Shown piece by piece: positions 43,153-55,365 of a stretch of DNA of 64,000 nucleotides. The stretch is from NCBI RefSeq assembly GCF_009914755.1, contig NC_060932.1; one strand, written 5' to 3'. Both the position numbers and the translations under genes were made by a program. Under the pieces are notes generated by a model. It was not told where the DNA came from and did no database searches. It saw only the letters and a list, made by a program, of their open reading frames with translations. How positions within the stretch are numbered: position 1 is the first letter of the stretch; every line of letters begins with the position of its first letter. This DNA is from the human T2T-CHM13v2.0 reference genome, Homo sapiens.

Positions 43153-45270
43153 TTCCAAGATGGTGGATTGAAGGCATTGTTAGTCTGCCTCTTGCACTTG
43201 GAAAGAGAAATTGGTGTGTAGAGACTCACACTGTGAACTTTCTTTCAAGAAGCAACACAGGAATTTAACAGGAAAATTGAAATAATCCACAGACCATTTG
43301 AAAGAAACAGCAGGATGCAGCTTACACCATAAGCTAGGCAGAAAATTGTAAGTTTCCAGGGTGTGACAGGAGGGTAACTGACTCTAAGATATACGCTTCC
43401 ACTGGGAAACCTATCAATCCAGGCCGTGAGGGAAGGCCTTAACCCTCCTCAGCGCTGGAGCTGATTTAGGGAAGAGTGGTGAGTATATGAGGAGTGGCAT
43501 TGGGATGTGCTTTGAATCTCCAGCACATTCCCAGTTTCTGGTAGAATGGAGGGAAGCCATTGCTGATTCTACCTCAGACAGGACCTCCTAGAAGTCTGCC
43601 AGGTAACTCAGATGGTTGTCACAGGTTGAGACAACCTCCCAAATGAAATGTGTGATATAATCTTGACTGGGGACAAACTCCCCAGGCCAGAACTGAGAGG
43701 TGAGTGGGAAGTGTGCTGCAGCAGCAAGCACAGGAGCTGGGGGCCCCTGCTCTGCAGGTGGATCAGGAAGGGTGTGGCCTGAAGGTTGCAGTTGCTGTCT
43801 CCATAGGGGAGACTTATGGTATGGGTCAGTTTTGAGTTCTGAGCCCAGACTTCTTGAAGCTTAGCTAGCTACTCCCATTGGAACACTGTGGGTGTGAGAC
43901 CTGCCTTGCCAAGTGTGTGGGAGCTGGATGGGGCTTACTACCAAGCTGCTACTCCCCATTCTTCACATAGACTCTCCTTGTACAGAGGCAGTGACAGTTT
44001 CACTTCTCTCTGGAAAATTACTCCAGTGGCCCAAGAACAGCCTTCCAATTCCCACTGGAGCCACTGCTTGTCCCACACATAGACAGCCAGAGCATCACCT
44101 TACCTGACCTAGTTCCCACCTGGCTTTGCTCAACCATCTACCCTGGTAGATTAACACAAATAACTGAAGAAACTTTTAGAAGCTCTTTGGCTCCACTTAT
44201 TTCCTGAGACACCAGAGTGCCTCCCATGGGTAACATAAGGCAAGTCCAAATCTCACCACTACCACCACAGCTGGCAGTCTTTTGGAAGCACCACCTCCTG
44301 GCTGAAGGCCTACTGACAGTCCTTTACAGCATCTGCAGGTAGAATAACATAGCACCCAGGAAGGAGAAAAGTTGTGAGTGACCACAACTGTTACCATTGC
44401 TTGCATCATTCTGGCTAAGCAGGAGGCCCTGAGTCTGTCCATGTGATGAGTTCATTACTACTACAACTGGCATTTGAGAAATCCAATACACAACACACTA
44501 GGACTATTTATAACCAAGGAATCGTTCAGAGTCTACAACACTCCCCTGCCATCCCCATCTGATCAGCTGCTGATACACACTGCTGTGAGACGTGAGGACA
44601 AATTATATCACTGGATCCATTGCAGACATTCTTGAGCACCAGCCTGGTGTGCGGCATCCCCACTGGGTAGCTAGACCCAGAGAAGCAGCAGCAGCATATG
44701 CAGTAATCTGAATTTCATGGCCTCCTACTCTGAGGAAAGAGGAAGCACACCACATCAAGGGAGCACCCTGGGGACAAAATAATCTAGATGGCCTTGAGTC
44801 CCAGAACATTCCACTTGTGGGAAGTTGTTTGGTGGTTTGTTTGTTTTTGTTTTTATTTCCAGCAGAGGAACATGTGCATGCTAGGCTCAGCGAGGAAAGT
44901 CTGTAGCTATATCTCAACAATCAGGCAGCCTTGATGCTCAAGAAGAGTCTTGGAGAATGGGGACTTATTTTCCATCTCATACACTACTGCAGACACAATA
45001 GTACTGTACTCAGAGCCAGTGTACTGAGGTGAGTGGCCATAAAACCTACTGAGACACCAGCCAGGAGAGCTAAAGGAGTACTTGCATTACCACTCCCCCA
45101 ACCCCAGGCAGCACAGCTTGCAGCTCCAAAAAAGACCGCTTCCTTCTGCTAGAGGAGATTAGAGGAAAGAGTAAAAAGGACTTTGTCTTGCATCTTGGAT
45201 ATCAGTTGAGCCACAGTAGGATAGGGCCCTGGTCAGGGTCATGAGGTCCCCACTGTGGATGTAACTAACT
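43153..45270 (+). mobile_element. Old L1 5'UTR-type sequence
   Basis: Starts TTCCAAGATGGTGGATTGAAGGCATTGTTAG...CACTTGGAAAGA, which is typical of L1PB/L1M 5' ends. Subfamily and end point uncertain. Confidence 0.55.
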
Positions 45271-45279
45271 TTTTTTTTT

Positions 45280-45818
45280 TAATTTTATAGGCTGATAGGC
45301 AGAAGGGACTTGTCTCAAATAAGACTTTGGACTTGGAGTTTTGAGTTATGCTGGAAACAGTTAAGACTTTGGGGGACTGTTGGGAAAGCATGATTGGTTT
45401 TGAAATATATATAAAATACATGAGATTTGGGAGGTGCCAGGAGCAGAATAATATGGTTTGGCTCTGTGTCCCCACCCAAACCTCATCTCAAATTATTATC
45501 CCCACACATCGACAGAGGGACTTGTAATCGCCATGTGTCAAAGAAGTTTACTTCATGCTATACTCATGATAGTGAGTGAATTCTTAGGAGATCTGATGGT
45601 TTTAAAAGTAGGAGGTTTTTTTTTTCTGTGCACTCACTTCTCTCTCCTGCCACCTTGTGAAAAAAGGTGCCTGCTTCTGTCTTGCCTTCCACCATGACTG
45701 TAAGTTTCCTGAGGCCTCCCCAGCGATGCAGAACTGTGAATTAATTAAACACCTTCCCTTTGTAAATTACCCAGTGTGGGGTAGTGTCTTTACAACAGTG
45801 TAAAAATGGACTAATACA
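45280..45818 (+). mobile_element. MaLR THE1/MST element: internal 3' fragment plus LTR (45449-45818)
   Basis: Internal motif GTTAAGACTTTGGGGGACTGTTGGGAA. LTR runs TAATATGGTTTGGCTCTGTGTCCCCACCCAAA...GTAAGTTTCCTGAGGCCTCCCCAGC...AAATGGACTAATACA. Confidence 0.88.
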
Positions 45819-47180
45819 GGTTCCCTGAAATATTCTGAGTCCCTTTGGAGGCAAGAATCTCTTTATACCAGCATGGTATACTGATGAAGTACATCCTGAT
45901 CTCATGGGCTAAGAAAGAATTTATACATACCCTTTATGTGTCAGCAACTCTATGTGCAGGCTTTTGAGACCCAGAATGGGCTTTCTTGCCCCATCTAGTC
46001 TATGTAACATTTTTCTAAGCCAACTCAATGTCTTTCATCCACACTGGGATAGGTCCTAAATTGCTGTCTGTTGCCCACCTGAGATAATGACATGTTGTTA
46101 AATCAGGTGTGTGTGACCCTGATACGTCTATCTGAGTGGCAGGAGAGGGTCTATCTGTTCACAAGAGTCTCTGCAACATTTTCTAAGTCAGTTCAGAAGC
46201 TTATTGATTCACCTTTGCAGGCAATGTAGCCATGAGAAAGGTCTCCAAAAATTCCTGATCTTCTGGAAATTTTTAAAGTCTCCGCAGGTTTCCAGAGGTG
46301 ACTGTAGCTGCACTGAAAGTCACTGCCTGGATAACTGGCCTGTTAAAGCAAAGGCAAAATATGTCAAGCCCACTAAGAATACCCAGAAGCCATGGTATTC
46401 AATTAATTTTTGTCTTTCTTGCAGGTGGGAGAATACTGAGGATTATGCCCTCCTATAGCCAGTGAAGGTTACTCCAGTGCCTAGATGTACCAGTCAAGAG
46501 AGGTCATGGGAGAGCAGATGGCAGAAAGGGCAGCCAGGTCCTTTCGCTGGGGTTTACTGCTTGTCATGAGCTCTGCTGCTGGGCAGCATGTGTGATTTCT
46601 GACTCCTGCCATGTCCTCAAGAAGCCTTGCCCCATCAGCCAGCTGTCCTACCTCCTGAAAGCTGGTGCATGTTTGTTAACATGGAGATCCAGAACAAGAG
46701 TCACTTTAGTATTTATCCATAGAGTCCCCATGTGTGCACACGCTTACCTGCAGGTTGTTTTTCCTATTTTTCTGAATGTTAATCCTTGCCTTCTGGAACT
46801 CGATATTACCCCCTGTGGCCAAATATGGGATAATTGTAAGGGGAAACTGCTCTTTAGGTCCCAAGTCCACAGGGTTAGTACTATTATCAATATTAAAATT
46901 ATTAATTATGGATATTAGTATCATAATAATCATCATCATTCCTGTTAATACTCATCAATATGTTTATTATTATTATCATTAAGATGGTTTATTAATGTTA
47001 TTATTCAGTAATAAATGTTTAGTTTCTCCATTCACTCAGTCAAACTGGAGTCTGACTCCCGATATGACTATGGATATGACTGCATATGACTATGAGTGTT
47101 ACCCTGCAGATATAGACATGAACCGCTGTCCCAGAGACAGCTCTTGCAGGCACTAATTGCTCTTTCATAGGATGAGTTCC

Positions 47181-48177
47181 TTACAGGAGAGAAGGACTGA
47201 TCTCCATGATGTGGTTTCCTCAGGGTCTCATTAAGGGCTGGTGATACAGGAGCACTGCCTACCCCTCTTACTCACGTGAGAGTGGTACATTCTCTGTTGT
47301 CATGGCTGGGATGGCTTCATGTTGAACATATAAATTCCAGGTTCTAGAAGCAAAAAAGCAAAAGATGCATTGGATCTGCATAGGGAACTGCAAGCCATCC
47401 AGCAACCACAGGACACAGTCAGAAACAACCACGTGGACCACATCGCCCAAGCTCAGCTGCATGGCTCTCCATTGGGTTAGGACGAGGACCTATTCCACCA
47501 GGCTCAACTGGAGTCCTATCCCTGGTCCCAGGACCACAAGGAGCATCTCTTTTTTTGGAATCACACTGCTCCATTCGAAGGACAGCCCTCAGTTCTCTAT
47601 CTTCAAAAGAGGCTGCAAATGGTGCTGATTGGGAGGGAGCCGCCAGCAGCATCACCCTCTACAACTATAAAATAAAACTGTCTGCCAGGGTGGGATATTA
47701 TGCTGACCCTACCTAAAAGCACATTTCCTAGATGTTGCTTGTTGCCTGGAGTTTGAACAGCATTGTCCAAACTTTGCCATTGAAGAACAAGGAAACTTAC
47801 CTGGGGTAGTTGCAGGAGTAGGCCTAAATCCAGGTGTGAAGATCCTTGAACTGGGGGTGTTTCTGTACCTGTAGAGATTGCAGACTGGGAAAGGTAAGGC
47901 TCTGGTCCTGCCAGGCTCTCTAGAGGTTAAGAATGTGATCTGCAGAAAGACATGAACTAGCACAGGCTACTGTAGAACATCTGCCCCCAAGAATCATAAA
48001 TGCCTTTTCACTCATCCTGCAGAATGCACTCTCTACTTTAATGATCGTGTGGGATGTGACTTTAATTTTTAGGCATGGGGATTGATCTTAAGAAAAAGCA
48101 GGCAAAGTGCCTTACCTGTCCTGGGACTCTGCTCCACTTGCCAACATTTGAGTGGATTCATTTGTGTGGTAGTCAAG
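47181..48177 (-). pseudogene. PRR23D-like unprocessed pseudogene (three recognisable exons)
   Basis: Exon 48177-48116 reads LTTTQMNPLKCWQVEQSPRTG. Exon 47868-47801 reads [23 protein letters not shown]. Both have AG/GTAAG borders in compatible phases. The large exon ~47572-47181 reads EMLLVVLGPGIGLQLSLVE*VLVL...DGLQFPMQIQCI...ENVPLSRE*EG*AVLLYHQPLMRP*GNHIMEISPSLL. This is colinear with PRR23D1 as recalled. Confidence 0.8.
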
Positions 48178-48957
48178 CTACAGGAAATAAAGGGACCAGT
48201 CAGTCTTCCACACAATGACACAGAGGCCAATTATCACAAGTCCAAATCTCCATTTGTCATCCAGCTCACATTCCCGCTGTGGCACAAGGTCACATGCACT
48301 CGTGTCCAACTCCAAATAGTAGCTTCACATAGTATGCCAGCACTCTCCCACCCATCACCTCTTCTAGAAGGTCTTCCGCTGGATTGGAAATGGCCTGGGA
48401 TAAAAGATAATGACCACAGGAAGCAGTTGTTTTTTTAGGATCTGATCCACATGAGAAGGTAGGACATCTAATTTGGTCTGAGGACTTTAGCTATGCTAAT
48501 ATTTCAGGTAACTGTCCCCTGTGTCTATAGATTTACAATGGGAATGGAGTGAGAGATGATGAAAACTGTTTTCTTTCCTAGTGAGTATGAGGTAGAACCC
48601 TTACATCATGCTCTCTGTTGCCTGTTCTCCATACAGAGCCATCTCCCATTTAGAGAGAAGACATGGATTGTCAGTGGGAGCAAGCCTGAGATATGCCCAC
48701 TGGCAGCTCCCAGAAACCCCTGAAACCTGGCCACATCATGAAGTTTCAACTGTGGGTCTCATGCCTCTCTTGGTATCTTGAATTCAGAACATTTAATGTC
48801 ATGGCAGGCCAGGGAACTTCCTCTGCTCTAGTTTGGCTCTCTATCGCACATTCACCGCCCCCCCACCCCCCGCCACACACACACAAAGTCACACACACTC
48901 ACACATCAACCTACTGGCAAACCAAGGTAGAAACACACACACACACACACCTGCTCA

Positions 48958-51195
48958 ATCCAGGCCAATATCCCTGATGAACATTAATGCAAAAATTCTT
49001 AATAAAATACTAGCAAACAGAATCCAGCAGCACATCAAAAAGCTTATCCACCACAATCAAGTCGGCTGCATCTTTGGGATGAAATGCTGGTTCAACATAC
49101 ACAAATGAATAAATGTAATTGATCACATAAACAGAACCAAAGACAAAAACCAGACAATTATTTCAATAGATGCAAAAATGCCTTTGATAAAATTCACCAT
49201 CCCTTCATGTTAAAAACTCTCAATAGACTAGGTACTGATGGAACATATTGCAAAATAATAAGAGCTGTTTATAACAAACCCACAGCCCACATCATATTGA
49301 ATAGGCAAAAGCTGGAAACATTCCCTTTGAAAACTGGTACAAGACAAGGATGTCCTCTGTAACCTCTTCTATTCAACATAGTATTGGAAGTTATCACCAG
49401 GGCTATCAGGCAAGAGAAGGAAATAAAGGGTATTCAAATAGGAAGAGAGTAAGTGAAGTTGTCTCTGTTTGCAGATGACATGACTTTATATTTAGAAAAC
49501 CCCATCATCTCAATTCAAAAACTTCTTGAACTGGTAAGCAAGTTCACCAAGTTCTCAAGATATTAAATCATTGTGCAAAAATCACAAGCATTCCTTTACA
49601 TCAACAATAGTCAAGCAGAGAGCCAGATCAAGAATGAACTCCCATTCACAATTGCTACAAAGAGAATAAAATACCTAGGGATACAGCTAGGAGTACAAGG
49701 GATGTGAAGGACCTCTTCAAGGACAACTGCAAACCACTGCTCAAGGAAATAAGAGAGGACACAAATGAATGGAAAAACATTTCATCCTCATGAATAGGAA
49801 GAATCAATATTGTGAAAATGGCCATACTGCCCAAACTAATTTATAGATTCAATGCTGTACCCATCAAGCTACCATTGACATTTTTCACAGAATTAGAAAG
49901 AACTATTTTAAATTTCATATGAAATCAAAGAATACCCCGTATACCCAAGACAATTGTAAGCAAAAACAACAAAGCTGGAGGCATGACGCTACCTAACTTC
50001 AAACCACACTAGAAGGCTACAGTAACCAAAACAGCATGCTACTGCTGCCAAAACAGACATATAGACCAATGGAGCAGAACAAAGCCCTCAGAAGTAACAC
50101 CACACATCTACGACCATCTGATCTTTGACAAACCTGACAAAAACAGGCAAGGGAGAAAGGATCTCCTATTCAGTAAATGCTGCTGGGAAAACTGGCTTGC
50201 CATAGGCAGAAAACCAAAACTGGACCCCTTCCTTACATCTTATACAAAAATTAACTCAAGATGGATTAAAGACTTAAATGTAAAATCCAAAACCATAAAA
50301 ACCCTAGAAGAAAACTTAAGCAATACCATTCAGGACATAGGCATGGGCAAAGACTTCATGACAAAAATGCCAAAAGCAATTGCAACAAAAGCCAAAATTG
50401 ACAAATTGGATCTAATTAAACTAAAGACCTTCTGCACAGCAAAGAAACTATCATCAGCATGAAAAAGCAACCTACAGAATGGGAGAAAATTGTTGCAATC
50501 TGCCCATCTGACAAAGGTCTAATAACCAAAGTTGACAAGGAACTTAAACATATTTACAAGCAAAAAAACAAACAACCCCATCAAAAGTGAGCAAAAGATA
50601 TGAACAGAAACTTATCAAAAGAAGACATTTATGCAACCAACAAATATATTTTTAAAAAGCTCAACAACACTGATCATCAGAGAAATGAAAATCAAAATTA
50701 CAGTGAGATACCATCTCACACCCGTCAGAATGGCGATTATTAAAAAATTAAGAAACAATAGATGCTGGTGAGGCTGAGAAGAAAGAGGAAGGTTTTTACA
50801 CTGTTGGTGAAACTGTAAATTAGTTCAACCATTGTGGAAGACAGTATGGCTATTCCTCAAGGATCTAGAACCAGAAATACCATTTGACCCAGCAATCCCA
50901 TTACTGGCTATGTACCCAAAGGAATATAAATCATTCCACTATAAAGACACATGCACACGTATGTTTACTGCAGCACTATATACAATAGGAAAGACATGAA
51001 ACCAACCCAAATGCCCTTCAGTGCTAGACTGGATAGGAACAACACACAACACAGCCCGTTGGGGGCTGGGGGTGAGGGAAGGAAACTTACAGGATAAGTC
51101 AATAGGTGCAACGAACCACCATAGCAAAGGATACCTATATAACAAATCTGCTCGTTCTGCACATGTATCCTGTATTTTTTAAATTTAAAAAGAGG
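48958..51195 (+). mobile_element. 5'-truncated L1PA (ORF2 RT/C-terminus plus 3'UTR), inactivated
   Basis: Reads [35 protein letters not shown] and TTTGCAGATGACATG (FADD). Contains stops and frameshifts, and an internal 3'UTR deletion near 51035. Followed by (TACA)n at ~51198-51244. Confidence 0.95.
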
Positions 51196-54100
51196 AAATA
51201 CATACATACATACATACATGCATACATACATACGTATGTACATACTTTTGAAAAACGTCTATACAGCTTGGATCTTCATTCCTGATAAGCCAAGGAACCT
51301 GGAGAAACACCAGAATTCTGTCCCTCTGAGAATGCCGGACAGGTTTACCTTCATCACCATAAAATTTTGGAACAAATGTGGTAACTGCAGGTTCTCTCCA
51401 CAATGAGTAACTGAAAATTGAGGCAGTATTTCAGATCCTAAAAAACTGATGAAGTAATTCGCCACACATTTGGGTTGTTTTTGCCTTTTCCTACTATGAA
51501 GATTGCTAATAGGAAGAATAGTGTACAAGTATCTGTTTGATTCCCTGCTTTTAGAATCCTTTGCTTGTTTGTGTGTTTGTCTGTTCCTTCTTGAGACAGG
51601 ATGTCACTCCAGTCAGCCAGGATTTTCCAGTGTGTAATTTTTGTTGTTTCCTTTTGTCAAGTTTTAGAAGTTGTTATTTTATTTCTATTGAATTTTAAGG
51701 CATTTTTAGATATGTATTAAAACATTATCACACAGGCCGTGTGTTACATTGCAATTATTTTCATCATTCCTTTAAGAAACAAAAGATTTAGCTTAGATAT
51801 CTTCCAATTTGTGAATCTTTTCTGATTTTGACTTTTTTAAAAATGCTGTCATATACAAGAAACCCTTGGATTAAAAATGCCATGAATATTTCTCTTTTCT
51901 TGCAGTCATAACTTCGGTGTATGTCATCAATTAGTCTCTGGTTTATAGCATGTTTTCTTGAAAGTGTTTCACAATGTATTTTGGGCATTGAGAATTTCAT
52001 CAAACTTAAGTGAAGGTTTCGACATTCACTATTGAAGGGAATAGTCCTATTTGATGCCTTATTATTTGCATATCTTGCTTCCACAAGAACATTTCACGCA
52101 AAGACTTGTCTTCTCCCCAATGCCAGATCATTACAACATGACATGGAATCAACTGGCCAAAAATGGGAAGGTTATCTCTGGAATGTCTATTTGACTCCAT
52201 TGATCACTTCATCTTAATTAAGACAAAAAATATGCTGTGTTAATTACCTCACATTGTTGCAAATTCTCAAGTCAGAAAATGTAGTTATAACTTCTTGGCA
52301 TTTAGTCACTGAAAGAATGATCTTATCTCACAGATGCACATGCTTGGAAGTACTTCTCAAGGCATACACACACATCCAGAAACAAACACACAAATACACT
52401 CATACACACAAACTGTTTAATATGTACACAATTGTTAAATAGCATTGTTATACATGAAATAAGGCAAATGTTTAGCTACTATCCTAACCTGGTTCCACTC
52501 CTAACATATTTGCTCATAATACTGACAAGTAAATCTGCTTCAACCCTTCCATAGTCACAATGTAAGCAGTGTCCATTAAATTCTCTGAGGAATGCAAGAG
52601 GATACAACCTAAGACAAAAAACTTAATTGAATCCTGATATTTCATTAGTAAATAGGGTAATTGATGGATAAATGTAATGGTCTCGGTGGGTGGACAGTAG
52701 TTAAATAAGGGCTGATGCAGCAAGATAATTATTTAAAGGCGTTTGAAAGAAATTGAAACAGGAGAGTGGATGTATTCAGCTAAAATAAAATCCGGAAGCC
52801 CTGAAATAAATCTCATTTTGCGGGTAAAAAAATGGCATTGGAGGAGATTCTGGGTCAATCATGAAGCTGTGAAAGTTGCATCTTGGAAGCAGGATCCCTG
52901 TAATGAAACGAGACTTGTTTATCAGAGGTGGTCTTTCAGAGGAAAAGATTTTGAAGAATGGCCCCTTCCTTTTGTGTATTTGACGATTAGATTTCATGCC
53001 AAATTTCGGGTTTTAAACTCTATTTAAACGTTAAAAGAATTAACTAAAATGGCAAAAAAACAAGAAATTTTTTGATTAGGAATCGTCAAATATTCATTTC
53101 TTGTTAGATACAGTTACCAAACACGACCTACCGGAGAGAAACAATTGTGGAGAATGGCCCCTTATTTTTGTATATTTGCTGATTAGATTTCATAGTCCAT
53201 TTCTCATTAGGTACAGAGATCAAAGTTGAACTACCCAAGAGTAGAGATATCCAGGACAGAACTCAGGGCACGGTAGAACCACAGAATCTTGGGTGAAATA
53301 TTGCTCAAGAACAAAAATGTGCTTATTCAGCGTGTTTCTGTGTGACATGTGTGGAAACTAAAGTGCAATGAGCATGACACGAAGACAGAATATCAATTCG
53401 GCTCACCTCAAATCAGTTGTGAGCATTAAAGAAAACCAATTCCTAGGTCCCGCTTAAAGAGATAAGACCATCCAACAACCTGTGTGAAGCCACCGCATCT
53501 GGCTTGCTCATGATTCTGGGGATCATTCTCCAGAAAATGGTGGCTCCTTTCTCCCTGTGGAGCATCTTTCTAAGCAGTGCCCTTTCTTCCCCCAGGACAC
53601 TTTACATGAGGTGCAGGAAGCCTTCTGATGGAGCACACCTGGCCCATGAAAAGACAAGGGAAAGAAAAAGGGCCAAAGGTCACAGTCCTCTCATTACATC
53701 ATCATCCTTAAAATCATCCTAATTTCATGAGCCCTGAAGACAGGGCTGTTTCTTTACACCTAGAGGCCTTGGCGCCGGGCCTCAATTCTTCCCTGTTCCT
53801 TACTGTCTAAGACATTTTGGGAAAATCACTAGAGCCAGGACCTTCATTCCTGGTAAGCCAGAGAGCCGAAAGACACACCCAAATTCTGTCCCTCTTAGTT
53901 CAGGGAACAGGTCTACTTTCGTCAGCATTACAATTTTTGCACCAAATGTGCTAACTGCAATTCCACCATACAATGCATAACTGGAAATGGAGGGAACATC
54001 TCAGATCATGAACAATCGATGAGAGAATCCAGGAGATACACGGCTTATTTTTGCCTTTTCCCTGTGAAACAAGGGCAAGTATTAAAAACTTTATGCTGTC

Positions 54101-54908
54101 TTCTATTTCACTGCCTGCTTTTAAACGTCTCCGATGTATTCTTCTTGAGAAAGGGCCTCACTACTGTCACCTGGGCTTTTCTAAGGTATAATTTTCCTTG
54201 TTTGCTTTTGTCAAAATTAGAACATTTTATTTCATATCTATGAAATGTTGAGCCATTATCACATACGTATGGAAATAGTATCACCAATGCTGTGTGATAA
54301 GTTGTTTTTATTTTGGTCAATTCTTTAATAAACAAAAGCTTATAGTTGGGATACCTTCTGATTTCTCAAGGTTTTTGTTTCATGTTTTCTTAAACTGCCG
54401 CCGCACGTCCGAAACCACTCACTATACAATGTCAGGACCATCTCTCTTTTCTGGCACACATAAATTTGGGGAATGTCATCAATTAGTCTCTCGGTGATTG
54501 CATGATTTCCCCAAAGTCTTTCACAGTCTACTTTGTGCAATGAGTATCTCTTCAAACTTCAGTGCATATTTCTACCATTTGATGCTTTATTATTTGGCAA
54601 CCTAGCTTCCACAAGAGCATGTCAGGCAAAGAGTTCTCTTGTTCTCCACTGGAAGGTAATTTCATTCGCACAGAGAATCAATAGGCTGAACGTAGAAAGG
54701 TTATCGCTGGAAGCTCTGTTTCATTCCACGGATCTCTCCTTTCTTATTAAAGAAAAAAATACGCTGTGCTAAATACCATACTTCATTGACTAATCTCAGG
54801 TCAGAAAGCACATTTCCGATTTCTTGTCCTTCTGTCGCTGAGAGGATGATGATAGCTGCCAAAAGTACATACTTGGAAGTTCATCCCAGCACGAGCACAC
54901 ACACACAT

Positions 54909-54954
<46 letters not shown>

Positions 54955-55246
54955 ACACAGGGTTTCATAGGTAAAGATTTCTTCCCTGACATTCTTTTAC
55001 CTAAAATAAGGCAACTGTGCGGCCACTGCCCAAACCCGGTTACACTCATATTATATGTGCCTATCACCCTGAGGAGTAATTTGATTCAGGTGTTCTAGAA
55101 GTCATGATGTGGGCTGTGTCTGTTGAATTCCCAGCGATGCAAGGGGACACACCCTGTGACTCATTCCTTAATTGAGTGCTGATATTTGATTGTTTTATCG
55201 CGCACCTGATGGGTGGGTGGGGTGTTCGCGGTTGGTGGGGGTGAGT

Positions 55247-55256
55247 TCTATAAGGG
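55247..55256 (+). promoter_or_regulatory. TATA-like element upstream of USP17L
   Basis: TCTATAAGGG ~115 nt upstream of the ATG, preceded by GT-boxes GGGTGGGTGGGG. Repeated at ~59975-59984. Confidence 0.45.
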
Positions 55257-55365
55257 ATGATGCGGCCAGAGAGCTCGTCATTTGAAGACTCTCTCGGAAG
55301 AGATAGCGTCTTGCTGCAACCTGCGGTCCCAGCAGAAAAACCTTGTGATCCTTGTTGCGGGCGAC

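Noticed and set aside
48200-48450. First coding exon(s) of the PRR23D-like fossil
   Set aside because: A minus-strand ATG near 48330 is plausible, but similarity to the PRR23D N-terminus is too weak to support.
55077-55195. DUX4 site in the USP17L promoter (TAATTTGATTCA, TTAATTGA)
   Set aside because: TAAT cores are present, but the match to the 11-bp DUX4 consensus has too many mismatches to call.
55282-55365. 28-aa N-terminal extension of USP17L in the ORF track (558 aa; also 60010-60093)
   Set aside because: It starts at a TTG only ~30 nt after the TATA-like box. The first ATG (GACATGG, good Kozak) gives the family-typical 530 aa with C89 and H334 numbering.
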